Source: an uncultured Pseudomonadota bacterium
Lineage (GTDB): Bacteria; Oederibacteriota; Muellerivitia; Muellerivitales; Muellerivitaceae
Length of the DNA stretch: 64,000 bases
Direction: 5' to 3'
Assembly (NCBI GenBank): GCA_963843375.1
Contig: CAWJKT010000001.1
Span: 235,993-299,992 of the forward strand
This document shows, one piece after another, positions 10,450-21,155 of the stretch. The position numbers were made by a program, and so were the translations under genes. Under the pieces are notes generated by a model that had not been told where the DNA came from, did no database searches, and saw only the letters and a program-made list of their open reading frames with translations. Every line of letters begins with the position of its first letter. Position 1 is the stretch's first letter.

Positions 10450-11214
10450 ATGGATTTAATGACCTCTTCTAAGAAACATAAGGCTCCACAAACAGGACCC
10501 GTTGCGCTCGTCACGGGGGCTGCCAGCCCTTTGGGTACTGCGATTTGTTTTAAATTGGCCGAACAAGGAACCCATCTAGCTCTCCACTTTGGAAGGTCTC
10601 AGGAAAATACTTTAAAACTTCAAAGAAATTTGAAAAAATTTCGAATCGAAACACTTGTTTTACGTGCCAATTTCGGTAAATCGACCCAAATAGAATCGCT
10701 CATCGGACAAATTACTCAAAAATGGGGAAGATTGGATCTCTTGGTCAACAACGCTTCACTCTTTCAACCTAGCCTTTTGACCGTTAAGAGTTGGGCAAAG
10801 TGGACAGAAATATTCCAGGTGAACGCTTTATCACCCTGTTTGCTGACAACAGCCGCATTTCCATGGCTTCGAAAAACCAATGGAAGCGTTGTAAATATAA
10901 CCGATATTTACGGTGAACAGCCCATTCTCAAGAACTATCCAGGTTATTCTGTTTCCAAAGCTGCATTGATATTTCTGACAAAGTATTTAGCCTTGGAATT
11001 TTCTCCTCACGTAAGAGTAAATGCGGTTTCGCCAGGGGTTATTACTTTTCCCAAGGACTATAAGAAAATCAAGAAAAAAGAATTAATTCAAAAGACTGCC
11101 TTGCGGCGAGAAGGTACACCTGAAGAAATTGCGGATGCTGTTTTATTTTTGACTAAAAATAAGTTTGTCACTGGACAAATTTTAAAAGTGGATGGAGGCC
11201 GATTTATTTATTGA
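10450..11214 (+). CDS. SDR-family pteridine reductase (FolM/PTR1-like)
   Basis: ALVTGAA, LVNNASLF, VNITD, YSVSK, VRVNAVSPG; adjacent to folB-folK. Confidence 0.85.
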   Translation: MDLMTSSKKHKAPQTGPVALVTGAASPLGTAICFKLAEQGTHLALHFGRSQENTLKLQRNLKKFRIETLVLRANFGKSTQIESLIGQITQKWGRLDLLVNNASLFQPSLLTVKSWAKWTEIFQVNALSPCLLTTAAFPWLRKTNGSVVNITDIYGEQPILKNYPGYSVSKAALIFLTKYLALEFSPHVRVNAVSPGVITFPKDYKKIKKKELIQKTALRREGTPEEIADAVLFLTKNKFVTGQILKVDGGRFIY

Positions 11215-12100
11215 GTTGCCTAGGTGGAAAATCGGGAAAAGTGCTTGAGGGCAGTTGATGAATTTTTTGGGAAGAATCCAAAAATCTTGCCGCTAGTTCG
11301 ATAAGGGGTTTTCGGATTTTTGGATGTAGAAAATTAGGATCCATTTCCAAAAGCGGAAAGAGAACAAAAGCTTTTGTTTCGATATTAGGATGGGGTAGGG
11401 TGAATTCGCGGGATTTTTGGACACGATTTCCCCAAAGAATAAGATCAATGTCTAATGATCGGGGCCCAAGGGGATTATGGGTGGGAATGCGGCCTGCTTT
11501 TGTTTCGAGAACTTCTGCCCATTTTCTAATCTCTTTTGGTAATTCCTGAGTTTCGATGGCTAAGACTAAGTTCCAAAATGGTTTCTGCCGGATAAAGCCG
11601 ACCGGTGAGGTTTCGTACACGTGTGACTGCCCAAGAATAGAATATCTTTTTTCAATTTCGCTCAAAGCAAATCGAAGATTTTTCTTTGGATGAATGTTCG
11701 AGCCCAGACTTAAATATATTAATTTTGAGGTTTGGGTACGGGACGCTCCACGGTAGATTTCAACGCCGACATTTTTAGAACCTCTGACAGCGCCTGGTTT
11801 TGAAACGGACAAATAAATTTCAGGAAGCTTAAAATTATATAAAAGGGAATCTGCCAATTTTTCAGCCAAGGTTTCAATCAGCTGAAATTGACTTTTTTCG
11901 ACAAAAAGAATGGCGCTTTTAGCAATCTTTTTATAATTGAAAGTAGCTGCTATATCGTCCTGTCGGGATACTTTCCGGATATTGCAAGGGAATTTAATGT
12001 CTATTAAAACATCTTGTTTTTGTCTTCGTTCCCAATCAAATATACCAATAATACAACGCACCTTTAAGCCTGTCAGGACGATAAAGTCTTTTTGAAACAA
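11204..12100 (-). CDS. folK: Bifunctional dihydroneopterin aldolase / HPPK (FolB-FolK fusion)
   Basis: N-term IIGIFDWER...LIETLAE...SKPGA (FolB); C-term YLSLGSN, PRSLDIDL, LPHP (FolK). Confidence 0.93.
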   Translation of the reverse strand: MFQKDFIVLTGLKVRCIIGIFDWERRQKQDVLIDIKFPCNIRKVSRQDDIAATFNYKKIAKSAILFVEKSQFQLIETLAEKLADSLLYNFKLPEIYLSVSKPGAVRGSKNVGVEIYRGASRTQTSKLIYLSLGSNIHPKKNLRFALSEIEKRYSILGQSHVYETSPVGFIRQKPFWNLVLAIETQELPKEIRKWAEVLETKAGRIPTHNPLGPRSLDIDLILWGNRVQKSREFTLPHPNIETKAFVLFPLLEMDPNFLHPKIRKPLIELAARFLDSSQKIHQLPSSTFPDFPPRQLNK

Positions 12101-12241
12101 TTTAGGACTCCTTTAGAATCGTATTTTGATTTTATTGTAAATTAGCAATTTCGATCACTTTTTTAGAATCAATTTTTGTAAAGAAGTCACTTTTGAAAAA
12201 AATAAGTTGACGCTTAGCTCACCATTTGTTTCCATGATTTT

Positions 12242-14576
12242 ATGAGCCCAACAAAATTGGTCATTCCTCGCCGCCCTATTCTTTTCGGTGCCCTTGGGTT
12301 TTGTTTTTTAAATATGATCCTTTTTGGAGACATTTTTTTCAAAGGGAGCGATTTAGTATTATCGAGCTTCCCAAACCGATTTATTCCTTCATTTTGTGGC
12401 TTGGCGTCAATTCGGGTTTGACCAGTTACGGTATGGCCATCTTACTTTGTGGAATCCCTACTATCTTTGCGGGACGCCATTTTTAGGAAATTTTGAGTCC
12501 GGCCTTTTGTATCCGCCAAACTGTCTCTTTTTGATCCTCCCATTGGGCTTGGCAATCAATATTGGAATCATTCTTCACGTTTATTTTGCGGGTTTCTTTA
12601 CTTATTTGTGGGCCAACTATCGGGGCCTTCATCCCCTTTCGGCTTTTGTGGCTGGGACCGTTTTCATGTTTGGCGGGGCATATTTCCTTCACTTATATGC
12701 TGGTCACTTACCTAATTTGTGCACAATGATTTGGGCGCCCCTTTTATTTTTATCAATCGATGGTTTGGTACAGAAAGTTTCCATTAAGTGGATTCTTCTG
12801 GGCATCTTTGCCGTTGGGATGCAAATTTTAGCGGGGCACCTACAATATGTTTATTTTACAGCAATCATTTCAAGTCTTTATCTTTTATTAAATTTGCGGG
12901 GCAATAAAAATAAATTAGAAATTATTTTAAGTTTTTTGGTTTTTTACGTTGGAGCAGCACTATTAACTGCCGCTCAATTGTGGACAGGCCTAGAAGCCAT
13001 TTCGGAATGCGGTCGTAACATTCCCTTGGAATATGATACGGCAAGTTCCTTTTCTTTTCCGCCTGAAAATTTATTGACTCTTGTATTGCCAGAGTTTTTT
13101 GGAAATCTTTCGACTGTTCATTATTGGGGCCGGTGGTTTCTTTGGGAAGTATCTTTATTTATCGGGATAACGGCTTTTTTCTTTGTCCTTTTGGCGATTT
13201 TCTCATCCGAGCCTAAAAAAAGACGATGGGCGTTAACAACGATGGTTATTGCGTTGATTTTTTCCCTGGGAGCTTTTACGCCGCTTTTTCATTTTTTGTA
13301 TGATTATGTTCCCGGGTTTAATGAATTGCGCGGGATCTGCAAATTCGATTTTTTGGCCAGTTTGTTTTTGGCATTGCTTTCTGGAATCGGATTTGATTCA
13401 TTGTTTAATGAAAAAACAAAGTTAAAGTGGCCAGTATTTATTGTTATTTTTTTGGGGTTTATTTTTTTTGGTTCAGAATTATTCATTCTTAATTCTATTA
13501 AAGATGGTTTAAATGGTGATTGGGGAAGATGGTTTTGTAATCTTCGCTGGTTAAAAAATTCACTCCTCCCATTGGATTTGGGAATAAAAATGCAATACGT
13601 TCAAGAATCCGGTTTCCACGCGGCTTTTAGTCTTTTGATGGGTGGGTTGACCTGTACTTTATTGGCCCTCCTGTTAACGATTCAAAAAATAGTTCCGAAA
13701 TTTATTCATCTAATCGCGGTGCTGGCAATTGTTGAGTTGTTTGTCTTCGCAAGGATTAATCGGCCAACCTTTGAATTGTCCACCCTTCAAAATCGCTACG
13801 ATTCGCTACGTGATTTTTATTCGAAAAACCCTGGAGATTATCGAGTTTATGGAACAGGTAGCGCTTCCTTAGTTACGGGTGGAAATGATATTTGGGAGGA
13901 TGAACCGATGGTTTTAGGGCGTTATGGCCGGTTCGTTTGTAAAACCCAGGGCCTGTCGGAAAATCAATTATTTTCTGCTCTTCCGATTTTTAAAAAATTT
14001 CCTCCCATCTTGGGAATTACAAGGCTCAAATATCGAGTATTAATAAATGAAAACCCTATTCGAATTTCTCCGTTTAATTTCAAGGTTTTGCCCCGAATGC
14101 AACTGGTAAATCGTTGGGAAGTTATTCCGGATGGACGAAAAGTTTTGGATGCAATGTTCGATCCCGCCTTCAATCCAGCCCAAAAGGTTTACTTACAGAG
14201 CGCTCCCGAACCTGCTCCGGCCAGCGTTGGGTTTGGAGGAACGGTGGAATGGAAAGATATTTCGACGGATAAAATCGAAATTAAAGCTCAAACCACTAGT
14301 TCAAGTCTCTTGTTGATCACGGACAATTACAGTTCCGGATGGAAAGCTGAAAGTCTTCCTGGAAGTGTACAGTCTGAATATCGCGTCATTCCGGGGGATT
14401 ACTTTTTGCGTGTTATTCCTCTCAAGTCAGGGACGCATCATTTTATTTTAGAATACCGGCCAACGGCATTTGAGATTGGCAAATGGGTTTCCATTCTTTC
14501 TTGTATTTTGTATTTTGGTGTGTTCTTATTCTGTTTGAGAAAAGTCTCATTATTCCCGATTAAGGTTTTAACATGA
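12242..14576 (+). CDS. YfhO-like multi-pass membrane glycosyltransferase (GT-C type); N-terminus broken by apparent frameshifts before 12396
   Basis: LWNPYYLCGTPF, LYPPN, LAGHLQY, many TM helices, C-terminal LLITDNYSSGWKA...GTHHFILEYRP. Confidence 0.8.
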
Positions 14577-15451
14577 AAATTAGAGATTTATTTGACCAAA
14601 AAAAGAGGGTGTTATCCTTTGAACTTTCCGCACCTCGCGACAACAACGTCGATGGTCTTTTTCGAACGGTGGAAGAGTTAAAGAGATTAAAGCCGGATTA
14701 TATTTCCATCACTTACGGAGCGGGGGGATCCTCGCGGGATATGACCTTTGGAATTGCCGTTCGGTTGAAAGAAGTAGGCGCCTTGCCTCTTATGCATTTC
14801 ACATGTGTTGGGCATTCTCGGTTTGAAATCAAGGATTTGCTGGATCAAGTAAAGTCTGCTGGAATTGAAAATATATTGGCTTTACGAGGTGATCCGCCCC
14901 GTGGAACGAATTCTTTCGTACCAGCGCCTGATGGTTTTAGGTATGCCAATGAACTGATCGAGTTTATCCGATCCGAGGGTTATGATTTTTGTTTGGGGAT
15001 TGCGGGTTACCCCGAAGGCCATACCGAAGCGAAAAGCCTGGAAGAAGATATTCAAAATCTTAGGCGAAAGATTGACGCAGGTGGTCAATACATCATTACT
15101 CAGCTATATTTTGACAATCGGGACTATTTCAAATATGTCGAGCGGCTCCGGAAAATGGGCATCAGTCTCCCGGTTCAACCCGGAGTCTGGCTTTTAACCG
15201 ATTATGCGCAGACTCAAAGAATTTGTAATCTTTGCGGTGCTAAGATTCCAGAAGATGTCGTAAAACATTTAGAGTTGATTAAGGAAGATAAAGAAAAAGT
15301 AACCCAATTTGGGATTGAATATGCAACTCGTCAATGTGAGGAACTTTTGAAAAATGGAGCGCCAGGAATCCATTTTTATGTTTTGAATAAGAGTCACGCG
15401 GTCCAAGCTGTTCTTCAAAATTTGAAAGACAAAAATTTGATTTTTGATTGA
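14573..15451 (+). CDS. metF: 5,10-methylenetetrahydrofolate reductase
   Basis: SFEL, ITYGAGGS, HFTC, LALRGDPP, AGYPEGH, ITQL, GIHFY. Confidence 0.96.
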   Translation: MKIRDLFDQKKRVLSFELSAPRDNNVDGLFRTVEELKRLKPDYISITYGAGGSSRDMTFGIAVRLKEVGALPLMHFTCVGHSRFEIKDLLDQVKSAGIENILALRGDPPRGTNSFVPAPDGFRYANELIEFIRSEGYDFCLGIAGYPEGHTEAKSLEEDIQNLRRKIDAGGQYIITQLYFDNRDYFKYVERLRKMGISLPVQPGVWLLTDYAQTQRICNLCGAKIPEDVVKHLELIKEDKEKVTQFGIEYATRQCEELLKNGAPGIHFYVLNKSHAVQAVLQNLKDKNLIFD

Positions 15452-15594
15452 GAGCTTAGGGAAGTGCTTTTTAATTATGATTCACTAAAATTTGATTGTT
15501 TGATCGGCCCCAACACTGAGCTTTTCCTCCTTTGAATGAAACCTTTTCGGATATATACTAACTTCGTGATATTAATTGATCTTGTTACACGGAG

Positions 15595-16035
15595 ATGGGC
15601 ATGACCGATACCGCATCCATATTTAGCCGTCTTAGGCACGTTTTACAAAATACCTATTTTTTCCAATCCTTGAAATTAAACGAATTAGATGAATTGATCG
15701 GTCATCTTCGGATGATACGCGTTCAAAAGGGTTATGAAATCATTAAGCAAGGTGATCCGGGAGACGCCTTTTATTTGATTGCTTCCGGGAAAGTCTCAAT
15801 TTGGATGAAGAAGGGGTTTCGTAAATCCCAGGTGGCAACTCTTGGTGTCGATGAATTCTTTGGTGAAATGGCACTTATTTCAAATGAGCCCCGTAACGCG
15901 ACAGTCGTTTCCGAGGAAGTAACCGAACTCTTTATACTTCAACGATACGATTTTGACAAAATTTTGATGAAAAACCCTGTTATCGCCCAGGAATTAAAAA
16001 AATCCTATTATGAACGTAAAGAAAAGAACAAGTAA
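15595..16035 (+). CDS. Stand-alone cyclic nucleotide-binding domain protein
   Basis: IIKQGDPGDAFYLIASG and FFGEMALISNEPRNATV phosphate-binding cassette; no HTH. Confidence 0.9.
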   Translation: MGMTDTASIFSRLRHVLQNTYFFQSLKLNELDELIGHLRMIRVQKGYEIIKQGDPGDAFYLIASGKVSIWMKKGFRKSQVATLGVDEFFGEMALISNEPRNATVVSEEVTELFILQRYDFDKILMKNPVIAQELKKSYYERKEKNK

Positions 16036-16050
16036 CCTCCCCAAAGAGAA

Positions 16051-16079
16051 TTGACAACATTCCGAAAGATTGGCATATT
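16051..16079 (+). promoter_or_regulatory. Sigma70-type promoter for tRNA-Met/tilS
   Basis: TTGACA-N17-CATATT with extended TGn. Confidence 0.65.
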
Positions 16080-16187
16080 CACTGGCCCGGCTCTTCCAAA
16101 GATTCATGGGACAAGCTAGTAGCCCTGTTTGTTTGTCCATCCGCTTGTTCTGTTTTTAGGCAAGTTGGGAAGGGCAAACCACCGGAT

Positions 16188-16264
16188 GGCGGGGTAGCTC
16201 AGTTGGTCAGAGCAACGGTTTCATAATCCGTAGGTCGAGAGTTCGAGTCTCTCCCCCGCTACCA
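16188..16264 (+). tRNA. tRNA with CAT anticodon, most likely elongator tRNA-Met
   Basis: Cloverleaf GGCGGGG...CCCCGCT-A-CCA, anticodon CAT, C3:G70 pair typical of tRNA-Met. Confidence 0.9.
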
Positions 16265-16294
16265 ATATTTATTTCCATCCGAAGAAGGTCCAGC

Positions 16295-17299
16295 ATGCCA
16301 ACCCAATGGGTGTTGCCGTCTTTTCCTTTTTCCCCTAGAGCCCGGCTTATCGTGGGTGTGTCCGGTGGCGCCGATTCTTTGGGACTTCTTATTTATTTAA
16401 AAGAATATTTGCCACAAGCTGCTAAACGTTTGGTGGTGGCCCATGTCAACTACGGATTGAGGGGCCGAGATTCACAGCTGGATGAAGAAAAGGTGCGACA
16501 GTTATGTAAAAAAGAAAATCTTGAATTTCGGCGTTTCCATGTGAAAAGTCTGAAAGTAAGAGCAAAAAAAGAAAAAAAATCTCTTCAAGAATTGGCTCGA
16601 GAAATTCGTTATTCTTTTTTTCAAAAAATGGCCCAGGAGGAAAGGGCCTGGGGTGTAGCGGTAGCTCATCACCGGGAGGACCAAGCCGAGACAGTTTTAG
16701 ATCGGTTATTAAGAGGAGCGGGTACAAGAGGACTCTCGGGTTTGAGGCCAGTTCAAACCTTGAATTTTTTGGGCGGCGAAAAGTCATTGAAGGTCTGGCG
16801 ACCCCTTTTATCCTTTTCAAAGGACGAGATTCGAGTTTATTTGAAAGAACAAGGAATTAAATGGAGGGAAGATAAATCCAACCGAAAAACCGATTACCGC
16901 CGCAACCAAATTCGTCATCAAATTATGCCTTTTCTTTCCCGTTGGAACAGCAATCTCTCACAGACGCTTGCCCGGATAGGAGATATCTCTTCCGCCGAAG
17001 ATCAGGTTTTGGAAAGCTTTTTGGTTTCCGTTGAAAAGAAAGTGAAAAGTCAGTGGCTTCGCGGGGTCTATTATTGCCAGGCCGATAATTTTCAAAAGAT
17101 GCCTTTAGCCCTTCAAAGAAGGTGGATTCGATATGTCAGCGAGAAATTAACGGCCAAGGCAAGAGGATTTTCCTTTGATCGGATTGGGGAAGTTATTCGC
17201 CTATGGGAAGGAAAGGAAAATGGCCCAAGGGACCTGGGATTTGGGTTAACTGCTGGAAAGAGTGGAAACAAGGCTTTTTTACGATTGATGAGAGGGTAA
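16295..17299 (+). CDS. tilS: tRNA(Ile)-lysidine synthetase (short form)
   Basis: VSGGADS PP-loop, HVNYGLRG, AREIRY, AHHREDQAET, RNQIR; tilS-ftsH synteny. Confidence 0.95.
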   Translation: MPTQWVLPSFPFSPRARLIVGVSGGADSLGLLIYLKEYLPQAAKRLVVAHVNYGLRGRDSQLDEEKVRQLCKKENLEFRRFHVKSLKVRAKKEKKSLQELAREIRYSFFQKMAQEERAWGVAVAHHREDQAETVLDRLLRGAGTRGLSGLRPVQTLNFLGGEKSLKVWRPLLSFSKDEIRVYLKEQGIKWREDKSNRKTDYRRNQIRHQIMPFLSRWNSNLSQTLARIGDISSAEDQVLESFLVSVEKKVKSQWLRGVYYCQADNFQKMPLALQRRWIRYVSEKLTAKARGFSFDRIGEVIRLWEGKENGPRDLGFGLTAGKSGNKAFLRLMRG

Positions 17300-17481
17300 A
17301 GCTCGGTTTTCTTGGACTAGGTGTAGGATTCTTATGGTCCGAGTCTTGAACATTTTCCATACCGATGGCACTCTTTTCCCATTGCTTGCAAATAGAAAAG
17401 AAGCTCAGTTATGATACGGTTCCTTGTTTCTTTAAGGAAATGTTCCTAGGTTGAACCTAACGTTCCCGTTGTTACTTTCAT

Positions 17482-19428
17482 GTGAGGAGTGCTTCTTTGA
17501 ATCAGACTTTTAAAATTATTGCCGGATGGTTGTTGGCCTTTGTCATTGTTATGTATTTCATCCAACAAACGAATAAAACGAAGTCCCAAAATGAATGGGA
17601 TTATTCCCAGTTTGTCGCATCGGTTCAGGCGGGTGACACCCAATCCGTGACCATCCATTCCGAAGACCATTTGATCACGGGGATATCCAAGGACAAGACG
17701 GAATTTAAAGTTTTTGAGCCGGATGACCCCAATTTGGTCAAAATGCTTTTAGATAAAAATGTGCAAGTGAAAGTTGAATCACCCATGCGGTTGGGAATGT
17801 TCTGGACCATCGTTTTGAATCTGGCGCCCTATCTGCTGATCATTGGATGGTTCGTATTTATGATGCGCCAAGCCCAATCGGGCAGTGGGGGGGCATTAGC
17901 TTTCGGAAAAAGCCGTGCTCGTTTGATGACCTCGGGCCAGCAAAAGGTGACTTTTGCGGATGTGGCTGGCGTTGATGAAGCCAAGACAGAATTGATGGAA
18001 GTGGTTGATTTTCTAAAGGACCCTAAAAAGTACCAACTACTTGGAGGGAAAATACCCAAAGGCGTCATCTTATTGGGCCCCCCTGGAACTGGAAAAACCC
18101 TCCTAGCCAAAGCGGTGGCGGGAGAGGCGGGTGTGCCTTTTTTCTCAATCTCAGGTTCTGATTTTGTGGAAATGTTTGTGGGTGTTGGCGCGGCCCGGGT
18201 TCGGGATTTGTTTGAGCAAGGTAAAAAACACGCCCCCTGTATTATCTTCATCGATGAAATCGATGCGGTTGGGCGACAACGAGGTGCCGGGTTAGGTGGA
18301 GGGCACGATGAAAGGGAGCAAACTTTAAATGCCATGCTTGTGGAAATGGACGGGTTCAATACCAATACGGGAGTCATTCTTATTGCGGCGACGAACCGAA
18401 TGGATGTCCTAGACCCCGCGCTCCTGCGGCCGGGACGATTTGACCGGCAAGTGGTTGTGGATCGTCCTGATTTGGCGGGACGGGAAGCCATTCTTCGTGT
18501 CCATGCGAAAAACGTAAAATTAGCCGACGGGGTGGATTTGGGAGTAATCGCCCGACGTACTCCTGGCTTTTCAGGCGCGGACTTGGCAAACCTGATCAAC
18601 GAAGCGGCGTTATTAGCCGCTCGTAGGAATAAAAAGGCCGTTGAGATGCCGGAACTAGAAGAAGCCATCGATAGGGTCATGGCGGGTCCGGAACGCCGCA
18701 CCCGTGTTATTTCCGATGAAGAAAAGAAAATCGTAGCCTACCACGAGTCGGGGCATACCATCGTTGGAAAAATGGTCGACAAATCCCATTCCGTTCACAA
18801 GGTTTCTATCATTCCCAGGGGGCACGCTGCCTTGGGCGCCACTTGGTATCTTCCAAACGAGGAGCGTTTCCTGGCATCAAAAACCGAACTCTTGCACCGT
18901 ATTACCGCCCTTTTAGGTGGGCGATCGGCTGAGGAGCTAACTTTTGGCGATGTCACAACGGGGGCCGGGGACGATTTGAACCGCGCCACCGAAATCGCAC
19001 GGGCCATGATTTGTGAATATGGTATGAGCGAAAAATTAGGATCCATAACTCTTGGTAAAAAAGACGATATGGTCTTCATTGGACGCGACATGATGAAAGA
19101 GAAAAGCTATTCCGAGCAAACTGCCCAAACCATTGATGGAGAAGTGAAACGCATTGTGGAAGAATGCCACAAAAAGGCAATGGATATTCTCAAAAAGAAC
19201 CGTAAGTTCCTTAAGATTATGGCGGAAGCCCTTTTGGAAAGGGAAATCCTCGATAGCACGGATGTGGATAATATTTTAGCCGGAAGAAAGATTGCGCCTA
19301 AAGCACCTTCCAAGGATTCGACGCCTCCTCCCGCTCCTTCGAATTCGGCGCCTGTAACACCCAATGTGGTATTAAAGCCTCAAACAGCCCCTTCCCAGGC
19401 TATTCAAAGCGGAGGGCGGTTTGGATAA
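17482..19428 (+). CDS. ftsH: ATP-dependent zinc metalloprotease FtsH
   Basis: Two TM helices, [26 protein letters not shown]. Confidence 0.98.
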   Translation: MRSASLNQTFKIIAGWLLAFVIVMYFIQQTNKTKSQNEWDYSQFVASVQAGDTQSVTIHSEDHLITGISKDKTEFKVFEPDDPNLVKMLLDKNVQVKVESPMRLGMFWTIVLNLAPYLLIIGWFVFMMRQAQSGSGGALAFGKSRARLMTSGQQKVTFADVAGVDEAKTELMEVVDFLKDPKKYQLLGGKIPKGVILLGPPGTGKTLLAKAVAGEAGVPFFSISGSDFVEMFVGVGAARVRDLFEQGKKHAPCIIFIDEIDAVGRQRGAGLGGGHDEREQTLNAMLVEMDGFNTNTGVILIAATNRMDVLDPALLRPGRFDRQVVVDRPDLAGREAILRVHAKNVKLADGVDLGVIARRTPGFSGADLANLINEAALLAARRNKKAVEMPELEEAIDRVMAGPERRTRVISDEEKKIVAYHESGHTIVGKMVDKSHSVHKVSIIPRGHAALGATWYLPNEERFLASKTELLHRITALLGGRSAEELTFGDVTTGAGDDLNRATEIARAMICEYGMSEKLGSITLGKKDDMVFIGRDMMKEKSYSEQTAQTIDGEVKRIVEECHKKAMDILKKNRKFLKIMAEALLEREILDSTDVDNILAGRKIAPKAPSKDSTPPPAPSNSAPVTPNVVLKPQTAPSQAIQSGGRFG

Positions 19429-19978
19429 AGCCCGAATCGAAAAGGCTGTCCTGGAAATTTTAATCGCCATTGGCGAGAATCCCCAGCGAGAGGGATTGAA
19501 GGACACTCCCAAAAGGGTGGCCAAAATGTACGAGGAAGTTTTCGCGGGGCTGGAGATTGATCCGAAGGAAATCATCACTATTTTCGAAACCGAAGGCCAT
19601 GAAGAAATGGTTATCCTCAAGGATATTCCGTTTTACTCCATGTGTGAGCACCATCTGCTTCCGTTTAATGGCAGGGCTCATGTGGCTTATATTCCCCGCA
19701 AAGACCGATTGGCGGGACTTTCCAAGCTGGCGCGGGTTGTGGAGGCGGTTTCTCGGCGTCCTCAACTCCAGGAGCGTATTACCACTCAAATCGCCGATAT
19801 TTTGATGAAGATATTAAAGCCACATGGAGTTTTTGTTATCGTGGAAGCTGAACATCTTTGCATGACTATGCGGGGAGTCAAAAAACCTGGATCCCGCATG
19901 ACTACTTCCGCCGTCCGGGGTGTTTTCCAGAAAAACGAAATCACCCGTAAGGAAGCCCTTCAGTTGATTGGAAAGTAG
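19421..19978 (+). CDS. folE: GTP cyclohydrolase I
   Basis: [38 protein letters not shown]. Confidence 0.98.
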   Translation: MDKARIEKAVLEILIAIGENPQREGLKDTPKRVAKMYEEVFAGLEIDPKEIITIFETEGHEEMVILKDIPFYSMCEHHLLPFNGRAHVAYIPRKDRLAGLSKLARVVEAVSRRPQLQERITTQIADILMKILKPHGVFVIVEAEHLCMTMRGVKKPGSRMTTSAVRGVFQKNEITRKEALQLIGK

Positions 19979-19982
19979 GCCT

Positions 19983-21155
19983 ATGCCGCGTTTGAGCGGG
20001 GTTTCTTTCCGAATTCTTTATCCCGATCCATATAGTTTTCCACGCGCGTTTTCTTTTTCTCCTGAAGTCATTTGTTCCGCCGAATTTTCATCCAAGTCCC
20101 AGGCCCTCCAGCTAGCGAAAAGATTTACTTTTTTGCCTTTCATCAAAAATATTGAATTTGTAAAAGATTCAAAGTTCAACCTGAAATGGAGCATTCACTT
20201 ATCCGACACCTTGTCGATTTTTAAAAAAATCAAAGATTTTCCCGAATTATCCCATCAAATGGATTTAGCTTTTAAAACCTATGGTTCCAAGAATTTATGG
20301 GAATTGAAAGGACGTGGAACCCAAAAGTTAAAAGGGAGGCGCCAGACCCAAATCATGGGTGTTCTCAATATCACCCCTGACTCCTTTTCAGATGGCGGTC
20401 GATATATCGATCCGGTTCTGGCTGCCGAAAGGGCGTTACGAATGCAAGAAGAAGGAGCCGATTGGGTGGATGTCGGAGGTGAATCCAGCCGGCCAGGAGC
20501 CAAGGCAGTATCAGTTTCGGAAGAAAAAAAGCGAATTTTGCCGGTTCTCAAGGCTTGTGCAAAAACTTTGCGGATACCTTTATCGGTGGATACTTATAAA
20601 TCCGAGGTGGCTCGAGCCGCGGCGGGTGAAGGTGCCCAAATGATCAACGATATCGGTGCCTTGGGGCTTGATCCAGGAATGGGAAGATTAATGGCCCGCT
20701 TAAAATTGCCGGTAATCTTGATGCATATGCGGGGAAAACCCGGGACCATGCAGAAGAATCCCGTTTACCGAGATGTAGTGGGAAATATATTGTCTTTTTT
20801 TCGAGACCGAATCGCTTACGCCCGTGGATGCGGCATTTCCGAGAACCGCCTTTTGATCGACCCGGGTTTTGGTTTCGGTAAAACGGCTTGGCACAATATG
20901 GAAATTACCCGTCGACTTTGGGAATTTAAGGTTTTGGGCCGCCCCATCGTAATAGGTCCCTCGCGCAAATCCACCTTGGGGCTTCTACTAGGAGGCCTGC
21001 CGCCTGAAGAAAGAGTCGAAGCCACTGGAGCAGTGGTGACGGCGTCAATTCTTAGAGGAGCCGATTTTGTCCGAGTTCATGATGTTCAAAGTATGAGCCG
21101 TGTGGTAAAAATAGCTGATGCAATTCGTTATGACCGGGGATTATCCGCACCATGA
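19983..21155 (+). CDS. folP: Dihydropteroate synthase with about 120-aa N-terminal extension
   Basis: MGVLNITPDSFSDGG, DVGGESSRPG, DPGFGFGK, SRKS, RVHDV. Confidence 0.95.
   Translation: MPRLSGVSFRILYPDPYSFPRAFSFSPEVICSAEFSSKSQALQLAKRFTFLPFIKNIEFVKDSKFNLKWSIHLSDTLSIFKKIKDFPELSHQMDLAFKTYGSKNLWELKGRGTQKLKGRRQTQIMGVLNITPDSFSDGGRYIDPVLAAERALRMQEEGADWVDVGGESSRPGAKAVSVSEEKKRILPVLKACAKTLRIPLSVDTYKSEVARAAAGEGAQMINDIGALGLDPGMGRLMARLKLPVILMHMRGKPGTMQKNPVYRDVVGNILSFFRDRIAYARGCGISENRLLIDPGFGFGKTAWHNMEITRRLWEFKVLGRPIVIGPSRKSTLGLLLGGLPPEERVEATGAVVTASILRGADFVRVHDVQSMSRVVKIADAIRYDRGLSAP

Noticed and set aside
16170..16190. AAGGGCAAACC resembling the start of a c-di-GMP-I riboswitch
   Set aside because: No GAAA tetraloop stem or GACGCAAA partner; the sequence runs straight into the tRNA
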